This document shows positions 1-12,700 of a stretch of 64,000 nucleotides of DNA, in pieces (the first letter of the stretch is position 1; every line of letters starts with the position of its first letter). The notes under the pieces were generated by a model. The model worked only from the letters and a program-made list of their open reading frames with translations, ran no database searches and was not told the DNA's origin. A program made the position numbers and the translations under genes. This DNA is from Cenococcum geophilum (Eukaryota). The stretch lies in assembly GCA_050273025.1 (NCBI GenBank), contig CP158635.1:3968001-4032000 (forward strand), in the 5' to 3' direction.

Positions 1-254
1 TAGTGTTTGCGCTAGCTTTAGCAGCCAATTACAGAGCGCCGAGGTGGATTCCTCTTTAAGGGTCTGAGAGATTATGGGCGCGTTTTATAAGGGCTGTACA
101 GCCTCACTAGTAGACGATAGTTATATCGCCTTTAACGTCGTACTTTAACCCCTAATATAGCGCTTGTCAGCTCGCCAATACCTCTATTTAAAAGCTTATC
201 TTCTACTCTATATATTGCATTCGTAATAGAGCCCGACCGTGCCCCTAATACCCC

Positions 255-670
255 TATAAACGTCCCTATAAACGTCCCTATAAACCTATATAAATGTATA
301 CACGAACGCCTGCACGAACGCCTGCACGAACGCCTATATAAATCTCTGCTTAAAGCTCTATATAAAGCCGTTTACAAGGCCTTTAAAAACAAGCCTAAAT
401 ATAAGGTCTATATAGGGAAGCTCTCTACTTAAAGCTCTGCTCCGCTCGAAGCTCTGCTTAAAGCTCTGCTTAAAGCTCTACTTAAAGCTCTACTCGAAGC
501 TCTACACGAGGCTCTACTTAAAGCTCTATTAAAGCTCTACTCGAAGCTCTACACGACGCTCTGCTCGAAGCTCTACTTAAGGCTCTATACGGAGCTCTGC
601 TTAAAAGCTCTGCTTAAAAGCTCTACGCGAGGCTCTACTTAAAGCTCTACTCGAAGCTTAATACGGAGCT
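255..670. repeat. Degenerate 11-12-bp tandem arrays (cacgaacgcctg; aaagctctgctt/ctcgaagctcta)
   Basis: Directly visible tandem units with RIP-type variants. Confidence 0.85.
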
Positions 671-892
671 CTAAATCTCTCCTAATACGCAGCACTAATA
701 TACTAGGAAGTCTCTATAATCGTATATACGAACGGCTTTATAAATGTCTATATAATTAATTAACCAAACGCCCGTATAAACGGCTTTATAAACGTCCATA
801 TAATTAATTAATTAATTAGTCACCCACACGAACGCCCATACAAATATCTGCACGTCTATATATCTGCAATCTACACGTCTATATACCTACAC

Positions 893-1130
893 ATGGCTCT
901 GCATAAGGCTCTGCAAAAAGCTCTATACGAAGCTCTACACGAAGCTCTGCATAAAGCTCTATATAAAGCTCTGCACAAAGCTTTATACAAAGCTTTATAC
1001 AAAGCTCTGCACGAAGCTCTATACAAAGCTCTACACAAAGCTCTGTATAAAGCTCTATATAAAGCTCTGTATAAAGCTCTATACAAAACTTTACACGAAG
1101 CTCTACACGAGCCTCTACCTAAAGCTTCCC
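893..1130. repeat. 12-bp tandem array (aaagctctgcac/aaagctctatac), about 19 units
   Basis: Visible units; they explain the ORF-track ALYK/RASC peptides on both strands. Confidence 0.9.
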
Positions 1131-1677
1131 CCCTACTGTAAAGCAAATCCATACCTACTAGTATAGGTATAGTATAATTAGGTAAGCTGTTTGTAATAGG
1201 GTATAAGAGGTACCTTAGGAAGTTTTAGGGTGAATAGAGGTATGGTGGTGGAGTACGGTCGCTATGTTGACGAGGCTAGTAGGGCAGGACCGGGTTTAAA
1301 AACGCGTCTTTAAACTTTAAGGCTGTATCTCGCCCCCTAATATAGTAGTTAGCTAGTTACAATTATTACAATTAAATAAAAGAAGAGATTATAATTTAAA
1401 TGCATCGCGTACTAAGACCGTAGCTAGTATATTAACCCCATTATAGTTGCTTAAAGTTAGCATACGTTAAGAATTGGGCCCGGTTTACAGTAAACGCGCG
1501 CCTATAATCTCTCAGACGCTTCGCAGAGGAATTTGGGGGTTGCAGGGGGGCTAGGGATAGCGCGACGTTCTATTGGCTCAGGAGTTAGTGCGCGCCGCAG
1601 AGTGGGGCTGTGGCAAGAGAGTGGGCCCATGCAACGCCATAAATTCCTTAGAGAAGCGGCTGAGGCACCTGAGATAA

Positions 1678-1870
1678 TATCTGAACGAGTTCGAATGTGA
1701 ATTTATGGTCGCAATCACGTGAGCTAAGCGAGCTCAGGAAACCCCTTAAATTCTACCTCTTCATATACGATTAGAAGAACAAGTCACCATCATCCAGAAG
1801 AGCATACGATACTATATGTATTTCGTGCCCCTGGATCTGACTCACTCGTGCCATTAACTTAGTACGAATA
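1678..1870 (+). repeat. 5' LTR of the non-autonomous element
   Basis: Near-identical to 4154-4346. Confidence 0.9.
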
Positions 1871-2982
1871 CTGATCAGTGAGCGCGCACAGATCAGCAAT
1901 CACTCGATACCTCCCCCCGAGCGATCACGACAGCGACCACCCGTTTAGACTCCTAGTACGACCTGCTGGAAGGTCGGAAGTCGGGGATTACGGACTTATC
2001 TCCAATTCTGTATACTTATTCAAGTCTTAGTGCGGTTTACTGGAAGTTTATAGACGCGAATACAGACCTTTACGGAACCCCCTACCCTCCTTCAATACCT
2101 CCGACCTCTTTTCAGACCCCTTACGGAGACCCCCTACCCTTTTGCGAACTACTACGGACCTGTTAAGACCCCTTACGGAAACCCCCCACCCTCCTACAAA
2201 CCGTTACAGACCCACCAACCACTTTTACGGACCCTATAAGACCTCTACTACCCACTACGTACTACACTACACTATACAACATAGTAGATATAACTAAGCA
2301 AATTAGTAAAGGTTAAAAGAAGTGGAGTTAGGGAGTCGACCTTACGTCTACGGACGGCGTCAACAACTATATTAATTTCAAAATCCTTAAATACGGACAC
2401 TATAAGCTTCTAAATAACGACCTATAGGAGCAATATAAGGAAGACTTTGCGGACTTTACAGAAGCTATTCTTAAGGCTTATAACCCTATTGCTATCCGTA
2501 ACCTATAAACCCTTTTATATTACTAAGGTATATAGGTTAAAAAGGATAAACGAGTTACTGTTATATGGTCCTTATATAACACAATATAGGAGGAGGACCA
2601 AACGGAATAGACTAAAGAGGAAGTCCTAGACCATATTAATACTAATGGATTCTTTGCCTCTTATAAACTTAATAGGATCTTTATAGGACCTTCAATATAT
2701 ACAAATCCACCATTGCCTAGAGAAGTAGGACTTTTGCCATATACAACGTTAAAAGAAGAACTGGACGAGACGTTAGATAAGGACGAGACTTAGGTAAACT
2801 CTAGTGGAAATTAATAGGTAGACTCCAGCGGAAATTAAGATTAAGCGACCTATCAAAAGGAGCTTAACCCTTAAGACGATGCTGTAATAGGCCCGTAAGC
2901 CTTAAAGGACGATCCTCTACCTGGCCTTCCTACCCCAGCTTAGTTACCAAAGCCTCAATTAAACATTACAACTGCCTCGTCC

Positions 2983-3207
2983 GCGCAAGCCCTACCCGCA
3001 CAAGCCCCGCCTGTATAAGCTCCGTCTATATAAACTCCGCCTACGCAAGCTCCGTTAGCGCAAGCTCCGCCTATACAAGCTCCGTCTATACAAGCTCCGT
3101 CCGCGCAACCTCCGTCTACGCAACCTCCGTCCGCACAAGCTCTGCCCGCGCAAGCTCCGCCTGCGCAAGCCCCGTCCGCGCAAGCCCTATCCGCGCAAGC
3201 TCCGCTA
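2983..3207 (+). repeat. 15-bp tandem repeat x15 (gcgcaagctccgtcc) encoding AQAPS/AQAPP
   Basis: Units counted directly; variation mostly third-position or RIP-type. Confidence 0.9.
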
Positions 3208-4153
3208 GTCTCACCCTATTCGTTAACTAAGGCTAAGGAGCCACGGCTGCCAAGCTTGTACAAACCTCCGCAACCTGCCTAGCAATCACTGCCTACGGCA
3301 ACCGCCTCTACCCTCCCCCTAGTGACTGTCCCTACCCCACCTGGTCTTCCTCCCGCCTAGTATTTCTACTCTAGTACTGCCAACACTAACCCTAATATGC
3401 AGCTGCATATAGACCAACCCACGTACGACCCCCTAGGGGCGTATATTACGTCTATTTACCAACTAAAAGCCTCATTTAATCTACCTTTTGCTGCCCAGTC
3501 TTCAGTCATTATATGGGAGAAGGAACACCCTAGTTAAGGAACATATACTACCTCCTTTACGGACCGCCGCTACCGCCAGCAGTACCAAAATCCACCGCCT
3601 ATACCGCTGTTTCGGCCACCTATTAGCCGAAAAGCTATATAGAGTCCTTAAATACCAAGGGAGGTAATACAAGTAAGTCGGTCAATTAGGGTATATTCAT
3701 TTACGGCCCATTAGAAGGCCGTATGGTTTATCCTAGAGACCGTAAGCAGGACTTACGGCCGGCTTAAAGCACCGTTTAGAAGACGACCACAAAGGTACTT
3801 CGGGAGGGATTTCCTACGCATTTCCTTTATATTTTATAGTTTTATTTTTACGCATTTCTTTTATATTTTATGGTTTTATTTTTATATATTTTGCATTTTA
3901 TAGTTTTATTAAAGTAAATTACAGAGGCTATATACAAGCGGTTCTATTTTTTAAGTACCGCCAGTGTATAATTACAGCACCTATTATACGGAGGAATTTC
4001 CTATATATTTCTTTTGTGTTTTACAGTTTTATTTCTTAATTTCTTTTGTATTTTATGGTTTTATTTCTTATATATTTCTTTTATATTTTACTGTTTTATT
4101 AAAGCAATTACGGAGGCTATACACAAGTAGTTTCAATTTTCAAGTACCGCCAG

Positions 4154-4346
4154 TGTCTGAACGAGTTCGAATGGGAATTTATGGTCGCAATTACGTGAGC
4201 TAAGCGAGCTCAGGAAACCCCTTAAATTCTACCTCTTCATATACGATTAGAAGAACAAGTCACCACCATCCTAAAGAGCATACGATACTATACGTATTTC
4301 GTGCCCCGGGATATGACTCACTTATGCTATTAAATTAGTACGAACA
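4154..4346 (+). repeat. 3' LTR of the non-autonomous element
   Basis: TGTCTG...GAACA, 193 bp. Confidence 0.9.
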
Positions 4347-4515
4347 CCCCTAGATACCCCTTAAATGGTCGCCGGTTATATACTAGAGGCACGTACCTAT
4401 AGTATATAGTCTCTACAATTTTAAAGGCCTTACCTTAAGAATTCGTCTCTCTTACTAATCTATCCTATTCCACAATTATGTCCTTATAGCCCCCTATTTA
4501 CAAAGTCCCCTTATA
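4347..4515 (+). repeat. 5'-truncated LTR of the same family as 19185-19399
   Basis: Matches the reverse complement of 19185-19355; ends cccttata (=CCCTTACA). Confidence 0.8.
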
Positions 4516-5170
4516 AGAGGTTAAAGAGTAAAAGGAATATATATTAAGGGAGTTTATTAATTAACTAGTCGTTTAAGAGGCTTTAGCGCAGTTAATTATT
4601 GTTTAGGTCTACTATATAAGGTAGTAATTTAGCTTTAAGGGCTTTTTCTAGTAGTAAACTATACCTATAATAAAGTTCTAGTTAACTTTAGCGTAACTAT
4701 ACTAAAGCTAATTAAGGAGTTATTTTTATTAAATAAAGCTACCCTAAAATAGAAGCTCTATACCCCTCGCTTAATATATAGAGCTTACTAAATTAGAAGA
4801 CTTTTATTGCAATCTACGCCTACTTTATTAATAGTACCGGCGTACTATATATAGCTTTACTTACTCTCCCCTTTTTACCTAATAGGTACGGTGGTAATAA
4901 ATAGGTAGAGTTTTTTTAGCAAATCCTCTAAGACTACTAGATACTTAATAAGATTAGGTATTATATTGGTAATAATTACGGAAATAATAACAAGCTTCTT
5001 AAACGACACTTTATACGGCTTAAAGATGCGGAAATAGAAGCTTAATTTAACTCCAAGTAATACCGCATTCGCTACTATAGTTATATACTTAATATTGCTG
5101 TATAGGCCTTCTTCTTCTTTAGGAATAAGGAAGCCATTAATATACTAAAACTGGCGATAGAGCTTACCTA
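4516..5170 (+). pseudogene. hAT-family transposase fragment (RIP-degraded)
   Basis: After RIP reversal reads AIYAHFID...IGYxVGD..NDD...RIRCHGHVLNIAVQAF, the hAT CxxH-region motif. Confidence 0.7.
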
Positions 5171-5269
5171 AGCTATATTTATTATATGCAATTAAATTAT
5201 AATTTTTTTTGCACGCTTATAAATTAATTAAATATTTAGCTAAAATATACATGTATTTATTACTAAGAC

Positions 5270-5530
5270 TACTACTAATAGAACTAATAGATAGATAGTT
5301 TCCTTTTTTAATATACTCTTTTCTTCTCTTCTTACTAACTACTTTTCTACTAGTTAATTCTAATCTTTTCTCCTAACTAATTCCGACTAATAGTACTATA
5401 ACTTTATATCTATAGACTTTGTACTATTCTATATAGAGATAATATTTTATATAGAGATAATAGAAAGCTCTTTAAATTAAAAGCCTAGTATTATATATAT
5501 AAGAGATATATAGAAATTAACTAAAGCTAT
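5270..5530 (+). repeat. Degenerate fragment related to the LTR/leader of the Gypsy element starting at 59988
   Basis: 5445-5520 aligns by eye with 60275-60347 (tatatagagataatagaaagctctttaaattaaaag). Confidence 0.55.
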
Positions 5531-5988
5531 AAAAGAAAAAAAAAACTATTAAGTATAAGGTATAAAAAGAATGGTAAAAAGCATAGATATACTAGTAATA
5601 TATATAAGAACTACTATAGGAAGAAGCTGGCAATACTTTTAAAGGTTTTTATACAGAACTAATAGTTAGCAAATAAAGATAAAAGATAGAAAAAAGGGTT
5701 ATAGTATAGTAGGTGTAATAGTGCTAGGGCGAATTACCTACTAAATTTTACTATGCTTTTGCTAAGTTCTATTAACCCTAACTTCTATTAACTAATTAGG
5801 ATTTTCTATACCTGGTATAGAAAATCGCTATTAGCCTGCTTACTACTAGCGCCTTAGTAACTCCGTTATATTTACGTTAACCCCTAAGGGCCTTCTTCTT
5901 CTCTTTAGCTTAGTATTTTTGTATAGTAGTGTTAGTATGCTTTAATAACGTGCAGAATACATATATCACAATAATATGTACTATGCGG

Positions 5989-6165
5989 TGTTGTAGATAG
6001 ATGTTATCTTTTTAATATAAAGAAGGGTAAGGAACTTAAGGTTCCTTACTACGCTAGTGCCGCGGCAATACGTGATGGCAACTTGCCTTATATAACGGCA
6101 ACTTGCCATACGTAACGGCAGCTTGCCGCACGTGACGGCAATTTGCCTCCTATTGCAATGCAACA
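5989..6165. repeat. Probable short LTR (TGTTG...CAACA, 177 bp) with four 20-bp units at 6070-6149
   Basis: Terminal inverted pentamers; tandem units with palindromic GGCAA-N-TTGCC core; no partner LTR or TSD found. Confidence 0.5.
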
Positions 6166-6169
6166 TATT

Positions 6170-9100
6170 CTAGCTACAAGTAGCAATTTATAAGCTTCCT
6201 CTTAGAGGCATTTATATAAGCCCATTATATTATATTAAGCTCTCCCTATACTGCTTAAGAAGGCCTAAAAAAATATCCTATCTTAAAAAGACCTTTATCT
6301 ACAACGACGCGTTAATACGTTATACTTAGATACTAAAAGTTACTCCCCCTATACTGCCTAGGAAGGCCCTCTAAAATATTCTACTTTATAGGCTAGACTA
6401 TATTTAACCTATACCCCTAAAAGAACCCCGGACTTAAAACTAAATTATATAATTTTAATTTAGAAAGCTAATAATAGCACCTAAAGTAAGCTTATCTAAG
6501 AAAACCGCTTTTATATAAAAGGAACCTAAGATCTAGTTAGTATCTAAAATTGAAGATAATAATAACGCTATAGACATATATAAGCAGATTTGCGCCCTAG
6601 CGGCTAGCTAAAAAGCCAATTGTCTTAAAGTAAAAAATACTTAAGAGACCTTATAAGAGATTTTAGAAAGCCTTACGGCTCTATAAAAATAGCCTAGCTT
6701 CCCCTTTTTAAAGCCTTAGCCGACCTATTTACTCTACTAAATGCGATATACTAAAGAGTACAGATATAATAGTAAAATAATTAAAGTCCGTTAAGCTCCC
6801 TAACTCTTAACTACTATTTAACGGAATAGATCCTACCTTTAAAAATTAGAGGATCTAAGTATAAAAAAAGCTTTATATTAATAACGACTATTTTCTCTCT
6901 AAAGAAGCTAAAATGCTCTACCTCTTTAGTTGAACTACTGGAAGTACTTAGCGTTACCTTTAAGCTAAGTTTAAGGACAACTCCCTTACCTAGTTTATAT
7001 TTATTAGCAAAATGTTATAATATTTGGCTACTATTTATATTAACCTAAATAAAGTATGGGATACCTAGTATAACTATAATTACCTAATAATAAAACTAAA
7101 CTAATCCTTTGCTAAATTCTAGACGTAATTCTTATATCTTATAGAAGAAGGCTAGGTCCCCCTTAAAAATTACTAATTAGATCTATATAACAAACTAATA
7201 ATTAGGTTATAAAAGAAGATTACTATAACCTTAAATAACTTGTTAATTTATAAAAGACTTATAACTTACTGCCTACTATTAGATTTAGAATTAAAGTAAA
7301 TTAACGCCCACTTTAATTAGTAAGAGTAACTCTATAGCAACTAAAACCTACTAGCTACGCCTATAGGAGCGGAAGTAAGAAGATAAACTATAACGGCTCT
7401 TGCGCTAAAAGTAGCTATAACTATAAATCCACGAGCTTTACCTAACCTACTATATACTACGCTCTTAACTAGCACGCGCCGTAATACCCTAATTAACCCC
7501 GCTACGGTCACGTGTTATAGCTATAAAAAGGATAGTTATTTTACCTTATTTTGTATAGAGCTAAAGGATATAAGTAATATTAAGAAAATAAAGGAAGGAG
7601 GGGTGTCTAATAAGTTAGGAAAAGGGAAATCCTAAGGGAAGACTTCTCCCTAAGGTACCCTATTAATCTTAAAAAGATTAACCTAAGTTGGCTAATAGGT
7701 GGCAAATACTTTATAACCCTATATATAGTATTTTAGAATAGATATAGAGTTAATACTATTACCCTTATTAATACTAAAGCGAATAGCTTTGCCTTTATAA
7801 ATACTATATATGCGATTAATATTGCTAAGTTCCTAAATATAAAAGCTACCTAACTAGAGAAACCTATCCTAGTAAAAGGCTATAGTGGCTAAGCTGGTAA
7901 GCCGGTAAGCTATATTTTAAAATTATATATCTTTCTTAATAGACGACGCTAATATGGTATCCCATTTTATATTCTAGACCTAGGTTCCTATAATATAATC
8001 CTTAACTAAAAGTAGATATTCTACTTTAATATTTAGTTAAACGTATAATAAAGATAGTTTGTCTAGCTAGAGGATAGACTAAAGTTACCCTTCTTTATTA
8101 AAGAAATCTAAACTAACTACTAAACGCTAACCGCGAAGGCTAACTTTACCTACTAGTAGGATATTAGGGACCGTAACGTAGCCTTCGCCTAAGAAAACGC
8201 CTATTAAGAGGCTAAAAGGAACCTCTATATACTAATAAAAATACTTTCTTAAAGCGCTATAGTTAAAGAGGACTCTACCTATAAAAGTAGAATAGATAGT
8301 AATATAGAAAACCTTTAAATTACGGAGATTTAACTAATATAGAAGAGAACCTACTAATAGGATATAAGAGATGGCCTTAAAAGGATGCAATAGGAGCTAA
8401 AAAAGGGACGATATAATTAATACCCTAAAAACCTCTAAAGTTATACAGCCCCCTAAAACCACGCGACCTACCTATAGTGAATATTCCTATAATTAGCGCT
8501 ATAGGGTTCTATTTTAATATATACCAGAAAGATAATAAGGTCTTTATAACTAGTTTATATAAAATTAACCAGATTCTTAGTAAAAGGGAAGAAGAGTTAT
8601 TAATAATGAGCTAGTTAAGCGTTTTCTCCCTACCATTTACTTAGGATATAAGGATGTATGCTTAAAGGCGGCCTCTAACTAGCTACCCCCTTACTAAATC
8701 TATAACTATAAGATCTAATTAGAGGCGAATAACTCCCTAGGCTATAGCCCCCTTTACTAGCAAACTATAGACAAATTTAAAGCGATAAAGTAGTACCTAA
8801 TTAATAACCTTAATAAAGGGTTTATTAAGCTAAGCTAAGCCCCTTTTACTTCTCCTATTCCATTTATAAAAAACCTAATAACGGCCTTTATTTTTATATT
8901 AACTATTAAAAGCTAAACGCTATTACTTAAAAGAACCAGTACCCTATTCTGTTAATTAATAAGACCCTTATTTACCTAAGTTGGGTAAAGATATTTATAA
9001 AGCTTAATATTTCTTAAGCTTTTAATTAAAATTATATAGACCGTATAGCTAAGAACTTAACAATATTCCGTACCCATTATAGGTCTTATAAATATATAAT

Positions 9101-9738
9101 CTTTCCTTTTGGATTAATAAATAGGCTAGCTATATATTAAAGATATATAAACGACGTCCTTTTTAACTATCTTAATAAGTTCTATCCGGCTTACCTAGAC
9201 AATATTCTTATATACTTAGACGATAAACTTAAGTATAAAGTATATATTAAGAAGGTCTTAAAGAGGCTACGGAATGTAGGCCTATAAGTAGATATTAAGA
9301 AATATAAATTTAGAGTAAAACGTATAAAGTATCTTAGGTTTATTATTACTATAAAAGGAATTAAGGTTAATCCTAAAAAGGTTAAGGCAATCCGTAACTA
9401 AAAACTCCCTTACACTATAAAGGGGATCTAGTCCTTTTTAGGCTTTTATAACTTTTATTACTAGTTTATTTATAACTATAGAGTTATAACTAAGCCCCTA
9501 GTATAACTTCCTTAGAAAGACACGCCTTTTATCTTTTATAATAACCCTATAGAAGCTTTTAAAGAGCTAAAAGTTCGGCTTATCTCTGCTTTAATTTTTT
9601 ATTATTATAGCTTTAACTTTAAATTAATACTAAAAACGGACGCTTCCAATAGGGTTATAGCGGGAATCCTATTATAGCTATATTTGGACAGTAAATAGCA
9701 CCTTATTACTTTTTTTTTTAAAAAAAAAATAGACTTGG
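6170..9738 (+). mobile_element. Truncated Ty3/Gypsy element A (gag, PR, RT, partial RNase H)
   Basis: Inferred CCHC knuckle ~7512-7560, DTG protease ~7765-7790, RT YLDDILIY ~9192-9215, ETDAS and WHP RNase H motifs; breaks at 9738. Confidence 0.85.
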
Positions 9739-12700
9739 TATTAGGTAAAACCTAAGTAGATAGTTATATAGCCGTAAGGTACGGGCGACCCTAAGGCAAC
9801 CCAGGGGTGACTCGCCCGTAAGGTATGTGCTCTATATATACCTAGGGAAAACCCTTCTTACCTCGCACACAGACTCCTCCTTTTCCCTTAAGGATTTGTC
9901 TCTGTCTATATAATATACCTATTATTCTATTATTGGACTCCCTATTTATATTCTTACCTTATATATAAATCCTTACCAATCCCCTTAGGAGGATAGCTGG
10001 TTTAATTTTTTTTTATAATACCTCTAAAAAGAAAACCAACGCCTATATCTAATGGTAATACACTAGCGATATAACCGTAGAACGCCTTAGGATCTAGTAT
10101 AGACAAAACCGCTAGAAGTATACTAGTAGTATTTAAGCTACCTTCTAAACCTTAAAATAATTAGATATTTATAAACGCTAGAAGCTAGTTTAACTTATAT
10201 ACCTAGGCTTAATAGGAGCTTAGTAAGGTTACTAGCGTCCTACTTAATACCGCTAATATAAAGGAGCTAGATAAGCTAGCTAAGAAAATAGCTAACTTAT
10301 AGAGCATTATTGATTTAATAAAGCCCTCCCGTTACTTCTTTAGTAAAGAGTATAAGTTATATAGCGAACGTATACGCCGATTAAATCTTAACGCCTTAGT
10401 TAAGAAGTTACTACCTAATATTAGCGGTACTACTTAACAGCATTTTAACTAGTAAATCGCCGTAGTTAAGAACCAATTTAAGGTTAATAATACTAACTAT
10501 AACTATAAGTAATGCACGCGCTAGGCCATTAAAGGTCTTATAAAAGAAAAGGTAATTACCTAACTAGTTTATTACTGGTTAGGTACTAAGGATAAGGGTT
10601 CTTTACTATAGAATAAGTTTAAGACTATAGTCTAAGACTAGATTAGGAACCCTATAGTAAGACGCTTTAATAATGCTATAATATATTATACGGCTATTAT
10701 AAAGGAGAACTAGAGGTTTAACGTTTTTCTAGCCTATATATGTAGCTTAGAGGACCTCTTCTCTTATACCCCTTTTATTAATCCTAAATAATAGGTAGAC
10801 TTTTAGTTCTTATATCTCCCAGCCTACCTATAAGTAGAGCTCTTCCGCCAGAACTTTGCCTAACGGGTAAAAACCACTAAAGACCTCTTTAACGAAATCC
10901 GCTATATAGAGTAATTACTTAATACTATAAAGCTCGCGGAAGATTACGTAAGTAGTAGCGGCAAATTATTGCGTATAAAGCGTGGTCGCAGTATAGGCTC
11001 CGTAAAGTTAGACTTAGGGAATAAAACCTAAAAAAGGTAACGCTTTAAGTAAACTCCTAGGGAGATTACCTAAAAGCTAGATAGCTTAGGGGACCCCCTA
11101 AACACTAGTGCTACGCACATAAGTTAAAGGACCGTAGGCGGCTACTATAAGGAATACTAAAAGTAGGCTAATAGAGAGAAGTTAGCTTGGCCTTTAGAAA
11201 ACCTAAAGCCCTAGTAGCGTATCTCTCTTAACTATAACTAGGGCCTAATATAAAGGGAGAGAAGAAACGTATTATGGTATATATTACGATAAATACACCC
11301 TAGGGTAAAGTCCGCCTATATGCCTTATATAACAATAGGTGCTAAATTAACCTTATTAATTAAGATATCGTCTATAGGTTTAACCTGCCTATACACTATA
11401 CGCTATATTTACGTAAACCTATCGTACGTTTCCTTAATAGCAACTAGATAATAATTTAGGATGCTTATAATCTAATAGTTACTACTAGTAACTCCTAGGG
11501 TACCTCTTACACTATTAGCCCGCAGACCTTTTAGGGCAGCTTATTTAATAGTTATAATATAGTTCTTAAATAGGATTAGCTTGCGGAAGTGGATCTATTA
11601 ATTAGCTTCTGTTCTAAATAGTTTATCTAAGGTACTTTAGACCCTAGACGCCTCTAAATAGTTACCCTTAACGCTCTCCTAGCAGATATTAAGGCTAGCG
11701 AAATAGTCTATTCGCTATAGCCAGAAGACTCCTTCTTTACGCTGGTTATAAATATAATAAAGGACCTATTATTACTAGTAGCGAGTACCTATGTAGACCC
11801 TTTAGATATAGAGACACCGATTATAAATATAGTAGAGGACCTATTGTTACTGGCAGCAAGTACCTATAGAGACCCTCTGGTGCTAGCGCAGATTACCTAT
11901 ATATAAGGGGGAGGTAATTAAAACCCTAAAACTATTAAATATACTATAGCTAAGCTATACGCACTCTTAGTGCGAGTATACCTACAAAACGTATATCGGC
12001 CGCACTTTTCTCTTTACTAGCTCCTAGAAGCACACTACTACGTAATAGTCGCTTTAACCTCCGTGGCCCTTAGCCTACTAGATATATATAAAGAGGAAAT
12101 TAATATCTTTTCTAATAAGCTAGTAAGTATACTACTATAGAACTCTAAGTACGACTATATAATTAACTTAAAAGAAGGTAAGACGCCACTATAAATGCCC
12201 CTCTATAACCTCTTATAGAAAGAGTTATAGATCTTATAAGAGTACCTAAATAGTACTCTTAAAAAGGGCTAGATTAGGCCTAGTAAGTCGCTTACTAAAG
12301 CGCCTATCCTCTTTATACTAAAAGTAGACGGTATAATATAGCTATACGTTAACTATAGACGCCTAAATAAGATTATAATTAAAAATCGGTACCCCTTACT
12401 GCTAGTTAGCGAACTCTTTAATAGGCTTAGCTATGCGAAGATATTTATAAAGCTAGATCTTTATAATATGTACTATAGAATTCGTATTAAAAAGGGAGAT
12501 AAATAGAAGACCGTATTTAAGATATACTACGGTCACTTTAAGTACCTAGTAATGCCCTTTAGTTTTATTAACGCCCCTATAACTTTTTAGAGCTATATTT
12601 ATAAAGCTTTAAAAACCCTAGTAGATATTATCTACGTAGTTTACCTAAATAATATTCTTATTTACTTAAATAATAAGGATAAGTATATTAAGCACATTAA

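Larger units (their letters stand above)
1678..4346 (+). mobile_element. Non-autonomous (gag-only, no pol) LTR element derived from the GalEa-type Copia family at 41321-47718
   Basis: 193-bp direct LTRs at 1678-1870 and 4154-4346 (T[A/G]...[T/C]A). CTGATCAGTG follows the 5' LTR. 5' UTR, gag N-terminus (LWEQYKEDFADFTEAI after RIP reversal) and 3' UTR match the Copia. No IN/RT/RH motifs; flanks GATAA/CCCCT do not form a TSD. Confidence 0.85.

Noticed and set aside
871..1152. ORF-track 93-aa and 82-aa ORFs as real genes
   Set aside because: Both arise from a stop-free 12-bp tandem array
255..3207. CRISPR-like arrays
   Set aside because: Units are contiguous with no unique spacers, and the context is fungal
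3964..4203. 79-aa hydrophobic ORF
   Set aside because: T-rich duplicated 3' UTR plus LTR start; not an ATG start
5981..6166. 61-aa minus-strand ORF
   Set aside because: Coincides with the LTR-like unit and its 20-bp repeats
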